64,000 nucleotides of DNA from assembly GCF_003991155.1 (NCBI RefSeq), contig NZ_CP031293.1; one strand, 5' to 3'. The notes below the pieces were generated by a model that was not told where the DNA came from, ran no database searches, and worked only from the letters and a program-made list of their open reading frames with translations. The translations under genes and the position numbers were made by a program. Of the stretch, positions 1 to 10,054 are shown piece by piece (position 1 is the stretch's first letter; every line of letters starts with the position of its first letter). This DNA comes from Escherichia coli (GTDB lineage: Bacteria; Pseudomonadota; Gammaproteobacteria; Enterobacterales; Enterobacteriaceae).

Positions 1-323
1 ATGCTGCTGTTGCCTTGTTAAAAGCTTTACCACGCTTTAAGGGTATAAATTTTGTATTCCCTGCCACCCGAAAGGGACAACTCTCGGATACGGCTTTGCT
101 GGCAGTCCTAAAGCGAATGGGATACACCGATTTAACACAGCATGGGTTTAGATCGACATTCCGTGATTGGGCTGGTGAAACGACCAACTATCCGCGTGAG
201 GTAATTGAACATGCGTTAGCTCACCAGTTGGCAGATAAGGCAGAGGCTGCGTATCAACGTGGGACATTATGGCCTAAGCGGGTGGCGTTGATGGATGAAT
301 GGACGGGGTTTTGTGTTTCTTAG
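1..323 (+). CDS. Tyrosine recombinase (phage-type integrase), C-terminal fragment; 5' end lies upstream of the window
   Basis: ORF 15..323 is open to the window edge; translation carries catalytic-domain motifs (HGFRSTF, REVIEHALAH) typical of lambda/P4-type integrases. Confidence 0.7.
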   Translation, partial: AAVALLKALPRFKGINFVFPATRKGQLSDTALLAVLKRMGYTDLTQHGFRSTFRDWAGETTNYPREVIEHALAHQLADKAEAAYQRGTLWPKRVALMDEWTGFCVS

Positions 324-386
324 AAGTTCTAATTAGCTACAAATAGTCCCCGCCCTTTATGAACTGACACCATAAATTCTTAATGA

Positions 387-914
387 TTGTATAAGATTTA
401 TCAATTTAGAGTAATATACGACAGAAACGTTTCACATGAATATGCTGTTTTTAAGGAGAAAAATGAAACGAGTAAACTGGACTGGTTCAATAACGTAGAA
501 AATCGCCCACATCCTTGGGAAGGTATGGGGCTGACATGGTTGACAACAGCACTAAATGTCCCTGATGTAAAAGCAGCTATTAATTTTTACACTGAAGTAA
601 TGAAGATGGTGGTAATTTCTGAACTTGAGGGTGATGGTGGTGATGTATTATTTGCTCGTATCCGTTACCGTGGCACAAACTTCACCATAAATAAGGAAGG
701 ATGGGATTCCGACCTGAAAAGCCCAAATACTTCGGGAGCTATGCCTCCCTTTATTTTTTATATGTATGTAGATGATATGATCACTCTGGTAAATGAAATG
801 GTTGAAGCTGGCTCGACTGTTCTAAATGAACCTGCTGAAATGTTCTGGGGTGATTTAAAAGCCCGTGTGAAAGACCCATTTGGTTTTATCTGGGATATAG
901 CACAGAAACTGTAA
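387..914 (+). CDS. VOC/glyoxalase-like family protein (start uncertain: TTG at 387 or ATG at 525)
   Basis: C-terminal WGDLKARVKDPFGFIWDI resembles glyoxalase/bleomycin-resistance fold proteins; no good RBS at either start; a strong AGGAGA-ATG at 463 is out of frame. Confidence 0.4.
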   Translation: MYKIYQFRVIYDRNVSHEYAVFKEKNETSKLDWFNNVENRPHPWEGMGLTWLTTALNVPDVKAAINFYTEVMKMVVISELEGDGGDVLFARIRYRGTNFTINKEGWDSDLKSPNTSGAMPPFIFYMYVDDMITLVNEMVEAGSTVLNEPAEMFWGDLKARVKDPFGFIWDIAQKL

Positions 915-972
915 AGAAATCGTCAGATCATCGTTCAACTCCTCTTTTCGGTTAAAGTAGGCTGTTGAAATC

Positions 973-1016
973 AAAATGCACAACACATTTAATTCTTACT
1001 ATGTCGTGCATTTTTG
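973..1016 (+). terminator. Possible intrinsic terminator between convergent genes
   Basis: Imperfect hairpin aaaatgcacaac ... gtcgtgcatttt followed by T-run at 1011-1015; loop is long. Confidence 0.3.
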
Positions 1017-1056
1017 ATTCAAATAATTAATACAAAATCAATTCTGTATACTACTT

Positions 1057-2520
1057 TTATTTACATGCATATAACCTTCTGAAATTACTATAACAGTGCT
1101 CGTTCTTACTACCACTACAACGTTGTTCATCATATTCAGCGATTAAAGTTCCAGATATATAACCAAACTGAGGGCTATACGTTGACCCCGGACAGGCACA
1201 TGTCCCTGTATCACTATTCGGTATTACACACTTATATCCAGATACTTGATCGGTTATTGTTATAAAAATACCTTTCAGGCCATCACCACTTGCTGTCTGC
1301 CATTTACCACTGACACACGATAACACTCGGCCTGTACTGTCTCGCCCCACCAGACCATTAGGCGTACATTTCGCATTTAACGTTGCCTGACCATTTAAAT
1401 GGAGATATTCACCTGCTTTGATCCTGCCAGTTGATTCAATTGTTCCATTGGATTTTATCGTTCCGGCGGTAAGATTACCTGACGCATAAATATTACCCGC
1501 ATTGTTCATGTAAGCTTTAACTGTTTTACCGGTTCCTACACCAACAGTCCCTGACGCATACAAGTCATAGGTGCGAACACCGCCAGCCCAGCCAGCTGGC
1601 AGATCGTTTGGATTAAGTCCGTTCGTGGCAATACGACTACCAAATCTCGCCAGACCTGTTGTTGAAAGCGTATTCAGATAAGTATCGGATTTTACCTTCA
1701 GGTTGTTGTTGATATTTACAGGACCATTAAGGGTAGATGTTCCACCCACAGTCAGATCTGATGCAACAGACGCATTACCCGTGGTTTTCAGTGCTCCGGT
1801 TGTTGTTGTCCCTGATGCCGTCATATCTTTGATGTTTTTGATGCTCTTACCACCAAGATTCAGATCACCCGTCATCGGCAACGTTCCATCACGGCGCAGA
1901 TAAACAGAATACATTGAAGAGTTATACCCCACGCGGTAAGCCAGCAATCCACCACCCGTAATATTGCTGTAGCTGTTAGAGTTCTCACTCCACTGACCAC
2001 CATAGCCGGAAGCTATCTTGGTGTTTCTGCTCATCCCACCATCAACACCTGCCGCCTGAACCGCTTTACCTAACAGGTCATAACGAATACGACCACCTTC
2101 TTCCCACGGGCTGGCGGTTGTTATAAGGCCGTTAATGACATAATCAGGCGCTGTTCCTGAACGCTTTAACACAATCTTATAGGATGCTTTTTGCGCGTTA
2201 GTTCCTGTATAGCCTACAGGCAACAGACCTTCATTAATTAACGTCTGGTAAGTGATTTCACAACCAGCAGCCGAACATGTTCTTGGCCCCGGATCGCTAC
2301 TTTGATTGTTGGATGATGACAGTGTGGAAATCTTGTCATATCGAATACTGATATAGCGGTTAACCGCTTCACCAAGCTGTTTAATCTGTGTTCCAACATT
2401 ATCTGCTAATACCGCTTCCTGATTGTTTCGCATATCCTGAAACTTCATAAAAGCGATAAGCGTTCCAATACCTAAAACAATACTGACTTCCAGTAAGGTA
2501 AATCCTTTATTCTTTATCAT
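1057..2520 (-). CDS. pilV: Type IVb minor pilin / tip adhesin, PilV-like
   Basis: N-terminus [17 protein letters not shown] matches the type IV prepilin processing/hydrophobic motif (G|FTLLE); large Gly/Thr/Ser-rich body as in R64-type PilV; GGAGA RBS before ATG at 2520; directly downstream of pilS. Confidence 0.65.
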   Translation of the reverse strand: MIKNKGFTLLEVSIVLGIGTLIAFMKFQDMRNNQEAVLADNVGTQIKQLGEAVNRYISIRYDKISTLSSSNNQSSDPGPRTCSAAGCEITYQTLINEGLLPVGYTGTNAQKASYKIVLKRSGTAPDYVINGLITTASPWEEGGRIRYDLLGKAVQAAGVDGGMSRNTKIASGYGGQWSENSNSYSNITGGGLLAYRVGYNSSMYSVYLRRDGTLPMTGDLNLGGKSIKNIKDMTASGTTTTGALKTTGNASVASDLTVGGTSTLNGPVNINNNLKVKSDTYLNTLSTTGLARFGSRIATNGLNPNDLPAGWAGGVRTYDLYASGTVGVGTGKTVKAYMNNAGNIYASGNLTAGTIKSNGTIESTGRIKAGEYLHLNGQATLNAKCTPNGLVGRDSTGRVLSCVSGKWQTASGDGLKGIFITITDQVSGYKCVIPNSDTGTCACPGSTYSPQFGYISGTLIAEYDEQRCSGSKNEHCYSNFRRLYACK

Positions 2521-2572
2521 AATTATCTCCCTGTTTTGGCAATAAGAAAGAAAAGGGCTTACGCCCTCTTCA

Positions 2573-3130
2573 TTAAATAGACGTGAAAACTAATGTATTA
2601 CTTGTGGCATTCGTACATGCTGCTGCCGTAGCTGCCACATCGAGTGTTCCTCCTGCGGCTTTAACAACCTTGGTTCCAACCGTGGTAATGTAGAAATTAC
2701 CTGCTGCCGCTGTCGCAATCTTCACACATTCCGCTGCTGGCACATTATCGTATGTGATAGTGAAAGAAGAGCCAGCCGCTGATGATGGTCCTGTAGCTGT
2801 AGCAGCCAGCGTCACATTACCTTTAAAGGCATTAATGGGTTTAGCTGCCGTTCCTGACCCACTTAACATATTGTCAGGGAAGATTTTTGCCTGAACAGCC
2901 ACAGTATTTGTCAGGCCAGTAAAGCTTGATGCCGACGTGTATAATGCTTTAACACCTGCCTGTATGGTGGCAATGTTATTGGATTCTGCCTGCGCTCTTT
3001 GTGAAGCCTGAACCTTGGGATAAACGATAAAAGCCGCTACCACTAATGCAGCAATGATGCCCAAAACAAGTAATAGTTCGAGTAGTGAGAAACCTTTCTT
3101 GCTTTTTCTTTTGTTATTTAATAAAACCAT
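2573..3130 (-). CDS. pilS: Type IVb major prepilin, PilS-like
   Basis: Long basic leader [13 protein letters not shown] followed by [16 protein letters not shown], characteristic of type IVb prepilins; GGAGA RBS 6 nt before ATG. Confidence 0.65.
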   Translation of the reverse strand: MVLLNNKRKSKKGFSLLELLLVLGIIAALVVAAFIVYPKVQASQRAQAESNNIATIQAGVKALYTSASSFTGLTNTVAVQAKIFPDNMLSGSGTAAKPINAFKGNVTLAATATGPSSAAGSSFTITYDNVPAAECVKIATAAAGNFYITTVGTKVVKAAGGTLDVAATAAACTNATSNTLVFTSI

Positions 3131-3525
3131 TATTATCTCCTTTTTTGTTTTAATGATAACTCCTGTTATAACGCTTCTCTCATATCTGGCAATAGAAAGA
3201 GCAAGATATATTTAACTCTATCTGACAGACGGATGAATTAAAAAAGGCAAAGATTTCTCTTTGCCTTCCGGGAGATTTAAAAACAACATTTGTTATCACT
3301 ACTACTGTCATTACTACTTCCTCATGGGATATTTATCATATCTGATAAAAAAGTAATAATGACGTTCACTACATAAAGATAAAAATTAACAGATTACTGG
3401 TCAAACAGAACGCATGATTGAAAAGGAAAAAATATTAATAAAGGATGATCCTGTGTTCTGTTCTTTTATATAGATAACAGATAATAATTAGATATCAATA
3501 CCTGAAGCAAAATAAATTTAGTTTT

Positions 3526-3831
3526 TTATTTTTGTCTTCCATCCATTTGCGCCAGAAACTTCCTGCCTGCTTTTATATACGTTATTTTTTCAATATCATT
3601 CAGGTCAGGAACTGAAAGCAAAATCCCCATAACGAGTTCTTTATCCACCTGTTCGATATCGCAATGCATAGCTTTAGCTACTTCCGCGCCAAGTATAATC
3701 TTTAGCCTTGTTTCAATTTTCTTTCGTTCTGATTTCTCCAGAGACTTAAGACGATTAAGTTCAAGCTGAGCAAAAGCAACCTTTTGCTTTAATGTTTTTT
3801 CTGTTCTTGATCTTTTACTTTCATCACTCAT
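3526..3831 (-). CDS. Hypothetical small coiled-coil protein; weak resemblance to TraD-like relaxosome accessory proteins
   Basis: ORF; start overlaps the stop of the upstream gene by 4 nt (ATGA-type coupling); motif RKKIETRLKIILGAEVAKA recalled as similar to Ti-plasmid TraD, from memory only. Confidence 0.35.
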   Translation of the reverse strand: MSDESKRSRTEKTLKQKVAFAQLELNRLKSLEKSERKKIETRLKIILGAEVAKAMHCDIEQVDKELVMGILLSVPDLNDIEKITYIKAGRKFLAQMDGRQK

Positions 3832-4193
3832 ACAACATCATCCTTACCCAAAAAATAGGCAAATACTTCATCCACGCCTTTCATGGCGAGAACATCACTG
3901 AACAGCAAAATAGACGTCGCCAGATTTCCCGCTTCATCTGATGGTATAGACCTAAAGAACTCCATCACTTCATCTTCCTCATGGTATCGTGTCATCGCAT
4001 CAACTTTTATTTGCCATTCACCAATAGCAAAAAGCGCTGCTTCAAAGCAGGACTGAAATCGTTCTATATCAGGGCCAAAATGATACGTTATTCCGTCTTT
4101 ATATTTCGCAATGAAAATTTCAGTAATTTTTTCATTACTGCTCTGAAGAATATGAGTATCAATAGTAAAAACATAGGCCAGTTGTGCATTCAT
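3828..4193 (-). CDS. Hypothetical protein, first gene of a two-gene overlapping operon
   Basis: Clean 121-aa ORF with AT-rich upstream region; no recognisable motif. Confidence 0.4.
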   Translation of the reverse strand: MNAQLAYVFTIDTHILQSSNEKITEIFIAKYKDGITYHFGPDIERFQSCFEAALFAIGEWQIKVDAMTRYHEEDEVMEFFRSIPSDEAGNLATSILLFSDVLAMKGVDEVFAYFLGKDDVV

Positions 4194-4497
4194 TTTTTAT
4201 CTCCTTTGGTTATCGAATATTATATTTAACTATCACCAAAGAGAAATGACGTCAAATTAATAAAGTATTAGATATTACAATAGGATGTTAATCCTAAATC
4301 TACAACCGAAAATATCCCTTGTAATTATCCTTAATTTAAAATATTAAGTCATATGCACAATAATTAGTGATTCACCTAATCCAAAATCATCAGTAATTAA
4401 GTTATCAAATGATACACATTATTCTAAAACTTCTTTTATCTATATCCTCCAACGTTTACAATGCATGATAGGCAACGATTAATCATAAGAGGTAATT

Positions 4498-5376
4498 ATG
4501 AATATTTTTAGTCTCATCACTGATCCTGATAATGCAGTTTATTTGACTTTAGATAAATTTTATAAAAAAACGCATAGACATTATCCCTATATTCAAAAGG
4601 TTAATGGAGAAACTAAAGCATACGCTTTATGCCCAAGATGTCACAATCCGGTCCTTTTGGTTAATAGAATAAATAATCAGACGGAATCAAAAACTTTATA
4701 TGCTAAGCATGTTAAACATGATGTAATGGGTATCGCATCATATTCTCAACAAGGTTATGATGATTGCTCACTTGCAAACCCAACAAATCTTGATGCAAAA
4801 ATCAAAAGAGATATTAATAATAAATCAAATAATGAAATAAAAGATGCTGTTAAAAATTATTTCGATCTACTTATATACTCAATTGAATCACATATAGGCA
4901 TCAATTTTTCTGATTCCGTTTTAGCTCAAATGCTTGAGGATTTCAACGCTTGTGATGGACACCAGTATAGAGCGATTAACTTATATAATTTACCGTTATC
5001 ATTTGTCTACATCGCAAATGCTCAGGATCTTTACGGTTGTAGAGTAAACGGAAAAATCAAAGAAAATATAGATAAAAACTCAGAATCATTTATAACATCC
5101 GGTACAGAACTTTATGATAAGAGCCTGTATTATGTTAATAGAAAGAAAGGCAGTCCTTATAATAAAATCCTGTTTTATTTCTCTAATCATACCATTTCGA
5201 CAGAAAATGATGATGAATCGGTAATGTTATATATTGTAGAAAAAAAACAGGATCAGACTATAGATTCAGCAAAAATACTCTATAAAGAAAAAATATATTT
5301 TGATGGCACATATTTTTTTAATACTATGAAAAAAAGAGCACGGCTAAACGATTTAGCAAAATCAATTATTCAATAG
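4498..5376 (+). CDS. Hypothetical protein with Cys/His motif (CPRCHNPV ... HVKHD), possible zinc-ribbon or HNH-like
   Basis: 292-aa ORF, very AT-rich, Lys/Asn-rich; divergent from the 3526-4193 operon. Confidence 0.45.
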   Translation: MNIFSLITDPDNAVYLTLDKFYKKTHRHYPYIQKVNGETKAYALCPRCHNPVLLVNRINNQTESKTLYAKHVKHDVMGIASYSQQGYDDCSLANPTNLDAKIKRDINNKSNNEIKDAVKNYFDLLIYSIESHIGINFSDSVLAQMLEDFNACDGHQYRAINLYNLPLSFVYIANAQDLYGCRVNGKIKENIDKNSESFITSGTELYDKSLYYVNRKKGSPYNKILFYFSNHTISTENDDESVMLYIVEKKQDQTIDSAKILYKEKIYFDGTYFFNTMKKRARLNDLAKSIIQ

Positions 5377-5379
5377 TAT

Positions 5380-5688
5380 TTATTCTGGAATGCTAATTAT
5401 TTTTGATAACGGCTGGTTTAATACCAGCTTTATCAAGTCGATAGATATTGATGATGTATCAAATTGTTCCAACTCATACTCTGCAAAAGGTAAATCGCCG
5501 ACCACTTTTATATTCCCCATTATCTTTCCCAGAATATCACAAAATTCTTGATCTGTTTTTGGTTTTTCAATCAATCCTAAATCCAGTAACTTTTGATATT
5601 CAAATAATGCTCTAAGTGTTGCATTTTCCCAAAAAGTAAATTCCTGAAAATATGTTCCGTCTTCATATCTAGATTTTCTAAACTCCAT
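5380..5688 (-). CDS. Hypothetical protein
   Basis: 102-aa ORF convergent with 4498-5376; no recognisable motif. Confidence 0.35.
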   Translation of the reverse strand: MEFRKSRYEDGTYFQEFTFWENATLRALFEYQKLLDLGLIEKPKTDQEFCDILGKIMGNIKVVGDLPFAEYELEQFDTSSISIDLIKLVLNQPLSKIISIPE

Positions 5689-5989
5689 TATATCTCCTTA
5701 TGTTAATTATTATACATGGAGTAATACAATTATTCTCATCAGTCAAATCATAAAATTATAATAAATTCCATGAGTGGGTAAAGCTCAGTAGAAAAATAAA
5801 ATAGTGCAACGCATGTGATAGTATTTACTAACCAAAAACATCTGACACTCTCCGCGTTACTTATTTTTGCGCATTCGTGATTTTATTTTCACCTATCAAT
5901 TTTTAACTCTATTTTTCAATCTCAACCTGTGAATTGTGCAACACATAACACTCTCTGTTTTATTGGTTTTTTTCATCAAATTTAGCTAT

Positions 5990-6036
5990 CCCGCCTTACG
6001 GCGGGAATAATTAATACCTCTTTTGCCCTTACGGGC
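5990..6036 (+). other. Candidate oriT: two GC-stem hairpins sharing a TTAC loop
   Basis: cccgcc-ttac-ggcggg (5990-6005) and gccc-ttac-gggc (6025-6036), about 300 bp upstream of the relaxase gene; relaxase genes usually sit next to their oriT. Confidence 0.3.
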
Positions 6037-6337
6037 CTTTTCTTTACTCTTTTTGTCCTGTGGATGTGAAACCTACACCTTTAATCCAGTTTGCGCCGCT
6101 TATTCCGGCGTATTATTTTACAACAATACATATATTTCGTATTAATTGATAAGAGGGGCATTTTACATTGGCTTATTTTCTTAAAGACAATGCCCACCTA
6201 TACACTGCGTAGCAGTGTGTGGGGTCTACCGACGGTTGCCTGCCGCAGGCTAAAAGCAAAACCAAGGTCAACGTCAACCCCGAAGTTTTTCTGACGAAAA
6301 ACTAACAGCAGCATTTATATTTGAGGTTATATTTTTA

Positions 6338-7819
6338 ATGGCGATTTTTCATCTGGATTTTAAAATTGTGAAACGAAGCGAAGGCATGACTTCTGTTGCG
6401 AAAGCTGCCTACCATGCCCGTACACGTATTACGGATGATCGCATTGGAGAAACATTTGATTTCAGCCACAGAACAGATCTTCATGGTCATATTATATTGG
6501 CACCTGTTTCCGCACCCTCTCATATTGTTGAAAGCTCCTCAACACTCTGGAATGAAGTTGAAAGAGTGGAACGCCAGAACAATGGTCAAACAGCCCGTTA
6601 TTTTGATGTCGCTATCCCCGTAGAACTCAGTAATGATGACAAGAAAAAATTGGTTGCTGAATACTGCCAGAAGAACTTTGTTGATAAGGGAATGATTGCC
6701 GATATCGCATTTCATGATTTAGACGGTAAAAATCCCCATGCTCACGTTATGTTAACCCTGAAAACTGTTGGTCCCGAAGGCTTCGGTAAAAAAGACAGAA
6801 GCTGGAATGATAAGAAGATAATGATCCAATGGCGTGAGTCATGGGCCACGATGTCAAACAGCTACCTTGAAGCTATTGGAAGTGAAGAACGTATCGATCA
6901 CCGTTCTCTCAGGACGCAATGTGCTGATGCCCTTACCCAAGCAGAAGAAGCATTCAGCGCTGAAGAGAAAGCATTCTGGCTTGCCAAGGCAACAGAAACA
7001 AACCGCCCGGCAATGCAGCGTGTTCATCGTGCTAAATGGAATAACACCGAGTCTCAGGAACAGCGAGCTGCTGAACAAGCTCAACGCGATCATCAAATTG
7101 AGGAAGCAAAGAAGGTCTACACTACATTCAGTGAGCTACCACTGGAAATCGTGGTTGATGTTCGCTCTTACTCTGTTTACCAGCTTCCTGAACCGGAAGA
7201 GATCGTTCTCCCTGACTTCCCAGCTACAACTAAACAGCAACCTGTTTCAGCGACACCAGCCATAAGCAGAAGACCAGCAGCAAAATCTTACCGTGATCCC
7301 AGTAAGGTCAGTAAAGTAAATGTTTCAGGGAAGAAATCCCCTGTTCTGGTTGCGCCTGAACCAACTGCATCCACTAAATTGAAAACCCCATCTCTTCAAA
7401 AAACCAGAGCGATGAACCGCGCTCCTGTGAGGAGTAGGAAACAGACCAAGCCCCGCCAGAATGGTTTGTTTAAACGTTTCACGCTACTGATAGTAGGATA
7501 TATAAGAGAGAAATTTATCTGGGCCAAAAGGAAAGCAGATACCACTGATGCTGACCATGACAAGCGTATCGCAGAGAACTATATCTATGATGAAGTGCTG
7601 GGTGTCAATGTTCCACGTTCGGAGTTTGAAAAACGTACCAAATTTAACAATGGTGACTATAAATTAACACCTGATGAAATCAAGCGTTTCCCAAGCCGTC
7701 CTAATCAGGAACAGCCGGAAGTTAATAGAAGCATAGATCTCACACCTTCAATGCCACCAGAACACATGAGGCAAGGAAGCGCGCCAAAACTGAGTCCACC
7801 GAGCCATAAGAGACATTAA
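6338..7819 (+). CDS. mobA: MobA/MobL-family (MOBQ-type) conjugative relaxase
   Basis: N-terminus MAIFHLDFKIVKRSEG...AAYHARTRI parallels RSF1010 MobA (MAIYHL...), with the histidine triad region HAHVMLT and IDHRSLRTQ; C-terminal half is low-complexity. Confidence 0.8.
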   Translation: MAIFHLDFKIVKRSEGMTSVAKAAYHARTRITDDRIGETFDFSHRTDLHGHIILAPVSAPSHIVESSSTLWNEVERVERQNNGQTARYFDVAIPVELSNDDKKKLVAEYCQKNFVDKGMIADIAFHDLDGKNPHAHVMLTLKTVGPEGFGKKDRSWNDKKIMIQWRESWATMSNSYLEAIGSEERIDHRSLRTQCADALTQAEEAFSAEEKAFWLAKATETNRPAMQRVHRAKWNNTESQEQRAAEQAQRDHQIEEAKKVYTTFSELPLEIVVDVRSYSVYQLPEPEEIVLPDFPATTKQQPVSATPAISRRPAAKSYRDPSKVSKVNVSGKKSPVLVAPEPTASTKLKTPSLQKTRAMNRAPVRSRKQTKPRQNGLFKRFTLLIVGYIREKFIWAKRKADTTDADHDKRIAENYIYDEVLGVNVPRSEFEKRTKFNNGDYKLTPDEIKRFPSRPNQEQPEVNRSIDLTPSMPPEHMRQGSAPKLSPPSHKRH

Positions 7820-7897
7820 ATATAGAACATACTTTTTAATGATCTTAGTATCGTATATATTAAATACTCGGCGCATCATGTAGTTAGGGAGTTCATC

Positions 7898-8380
7898 TTG
7901 CCAACCATTAACGAAATAAAAGTAGAAGCAGTTAAATTTCGTAGATTAATTGAAAGTTGTGATAAAAAGAATACCAGCCTTGTTATAGACTGTTTTCCTG
8001 TTATGAGCTGTAAGCTTACCTCAATGCTTCTTTCTTACCATTTTCTGACACTATGGCCTGAATGTGAGCTAAAAGGAGTTAGCGCAGCTACCGGGAAAAA
8101 TAGTCAAATAACCCATTACTGGCTTGAGATAGATAATATTGTAGTTGATATAACAGGGGATCAATATAACATTATCAATGATAAGGAACTAAACAATAAA
8201 ATTATAAAAAACAGGCCATATCCTGCCATCCATGTCGTATATAAAGAAAGTAGTTATCTTTATAACTTATTCAAAATTCGAGATAAAGAACCTATTATAC
8301 ATGGATTTCCAACATTTAGTGAAGATTTTATTGAAGAAATGGAACTTGGATATAATCAACTATTCAACAGAAAAGAATGA
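7898..8380 (+). CDS. Hypothetical cytoplasmic protein (TTG start), first gene of a two-gene cassette
   Basis: 160-aa ORF; GGGAG RBS 6 nt before TTG; 59 bp before next gene. Confidence 0.4.
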   Translation: MPTINEIKVEAVKFRRLIESCDKKNTSLVIDCFPVMSCKLTSMLLSYHFLTLWPECELKGVSAATGKNSQITHYWLEIDNIVVDITGDQYNIINDKELNNKIIKNRPYPAIHVVYKESSYLYNLFKIRDKEPIIHGFPTFSEDFIEEMELGYNQLFNRKE

Positions 8381-8438
8381 AATAATAGTTAAAATATTAT
8401 ACCTTACTGGTATGAATCATTATACTTAGGAGTTAATC

Positions 8439-9011
8439 ATGACAATGGAAATACTTACAGCAATTCTTGTTATCATTACAGGAATTTATGCATTTTTGAC
8501 ATACAAGATGTCGAGAATAAGCGAACGAACAGCTCAGATAATGAATGAGCAAACCGAGGCAATGTCTCGTCCTTATATAATAATCCAGCCAATGGTAAGA
8601 CCTCACTCGCAATTCCTATACCTGAAAATTTATAATAGCGGTAAGACACCAGCCTTGAATGTAAAATTAGAATTAGATAAGGATTTTTATCAGTTCGATG
8701 AACCAACTAAAAACCTAAAAGAAACAAGTGTTTTTACATCAACTATTGATAGCTTAGCGCCCAATCAAGAGTTATTCTTCGCCCTTGGTCAAGGTTGGGT
8801 TATTTTTGGAGAATCCAAAAACCCTTTACCACAACAATTTACAATAACTGCAACGTATAGTTATATGAATAAAGAAGTTGTTGAAAAAAACAATATAGAC
8901 TTAAGCCCTTTCATGCAAAGTGAAGGTGAGAAAAATCCTATTGTTGAAGAGCTTGAAAGAATAAGAAAAACTCAAGAAAAATTGATGAAGGTATCTAACA
9001 AATCGATATAA
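8439..9011 (+). CDS. Hypothetical membrane-anchored protein (single N-terminal TM helix)
   Basis: N-terminus MTMEILTAILVIITGIYAFLTY is hydrophobic; GGAG RBS before ATG. Confidence 0.45.
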   Translation: MTMEILTAILVIITGIYAFLTYKMSRISERTAQIMNEQTEAMSRPYIIIQPMVRPHSQFLYLKIYNSGKTPALNVKLELDKDFYQFDEPTKNLKETSVFTSTIDSLAPNQELFFALGQGWVIFGESKNPLPQQFTITATYSYMNKEVVEKNNIDLSPFMQSEGEKNPIVEELERIRKTQEKLMKVSNKSI

Positions 9012-9048
9012 TAAAATATCATTCACCACATTAAATGAAATACAATTC

Positions 9049-9090
9049 ATGCCCCTTCTGTCACTTTCCACAGCGTAGCAGGGGCATTTT
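9049..9090 (+). terminator. Possible bidirectional terminator between convergent genes
   Basis: atgcccct ... aggggcat stem followed by tttt; loop is long (23 nt). Confidence 0.3.
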
Positions 9091-9104
9091 GATCCAGCAT
9101 CCTT

Positions 9105-9635
9105 TTAGTTAGCTTTCCAACCATTACTGGTCTTAACTAAATTCATGGCACTATCAGCAGGTTCATTCATCCCTTTAACGCTGGCGAAGGCTTTTTTGTC
9201 AATCCAGCCCGGAACGTCAACCAGCTTCCACGTATAAGTCACGCGAACTACTTTCTGATTACCGTTTCCCGGCTCAGTCCATTCCTTAATCTCGTCAACA
9301 GCACGACGACCAACACAGGCACCGTCTGTTGTGCTCCAGACTTTGGCTTTTTTGCCTTCCTCTGTTATCCCTAATACATTCGAATCATAACCCTGCTCAA
9401 AAACCATCAGGCCCTGCTCAATAAAACCATCGAGGATCACTGAATTCGTCCCTGTGCCAGTCGAATCAAGTCGTGGCTTGGCAAGACAGATGGGGAAGCT
9501 GGTGTTATTGTTATCCAGCGAGAAGCAGTATTTGTCTTGCCCAATCTTGGCATTAATCGCTTTCTCAAACTCACCTTTCTCACCACATCCCGCCAGTGTC
9601 AGAGTTGCGCCTACAACGAGTAAAATCTTCTTCAT
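9105..9635 (-). CDS. Hypothetical lipoprotein
   Basis: Signal peptide with lipobox MKKILLVVGATLTLAGC when started at ATG 9635. Confidence 0.5.
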   Translation of the reverse strand: MKKILLVVGATLTLAGCGEKGEFEKAINAKIGQDKYCFSLDNNNTSFPICLAKPRLDSTGTGTNSVILDGFIEQGLMVFEQGYDSNVLGITEEGKKAKVWSTTDGACVGRRAVDEIKEWTEPGNGNQKVVRVTYTWKLVDVPGWIDKKAFASVKGMNEPADSAMNLVKTSNGWKAN

Positions 9636-9780
9636 CTGCTTATCCATCCTGATAATCAAAATTGCGTATGTTTTTTGACCTAATCCGGTCAGGGCTAGAG
9701 TTGTTGCGGGATCCGGCTGATATCACATGGCAAAATCACCGCTTAACCAATTGATAGGATTCAATTCTTTTTGAGGCTCG

Positions 9781-9942
9781 TCATATCGTTTAAAACGATC
9801 AAAAACAACCATATGATAGTTTTTAACTATCATAAATTGATATTCGATCGATTATAACAATTAATAACCGATCGATATCGCGATTTCAATCGTTATAATC
9901 TATCAATAACTCATTATCGATCTTTTATATCGATCATTATTT
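9781..9942. repeat. Cluster of ATCGAT-containing motifs and a 9-bp-arm palindrome in a divergent intergenic region
   Basis: atgatagttTTTaactatcat (9822-9842) plus at least 5 ATCGAT/GATCGAT motifs within about 170 bp. Confidence 0.4.
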
Positions 9943-10054
9943 CAAGTTCTGATAGCCTTGCAACGCCGAGACCGACGCCATGAGTTTGGTGCAGTAGGAC
10001 GTATAAAACGAAGCAAAGCTCTGTGAGCGGGTTCAGTCTCTTTAACTCATTTAC

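Noticed and set aside
1057-2520. Shufflon at the 3' end of pilV
   Set aside because: No rci recombinase gene and no clustered inverted 19-bp repeats downstream of pilV; the gene ends next to a convergent VOC-family gene
6091-6623. Small ORFs 6091..6294, 6335..6523, 6396..6623 around the relaxase start
   Set aside because: They overlap the candidate oriT region or the relaxase 5' end in other frames and lack RBSs
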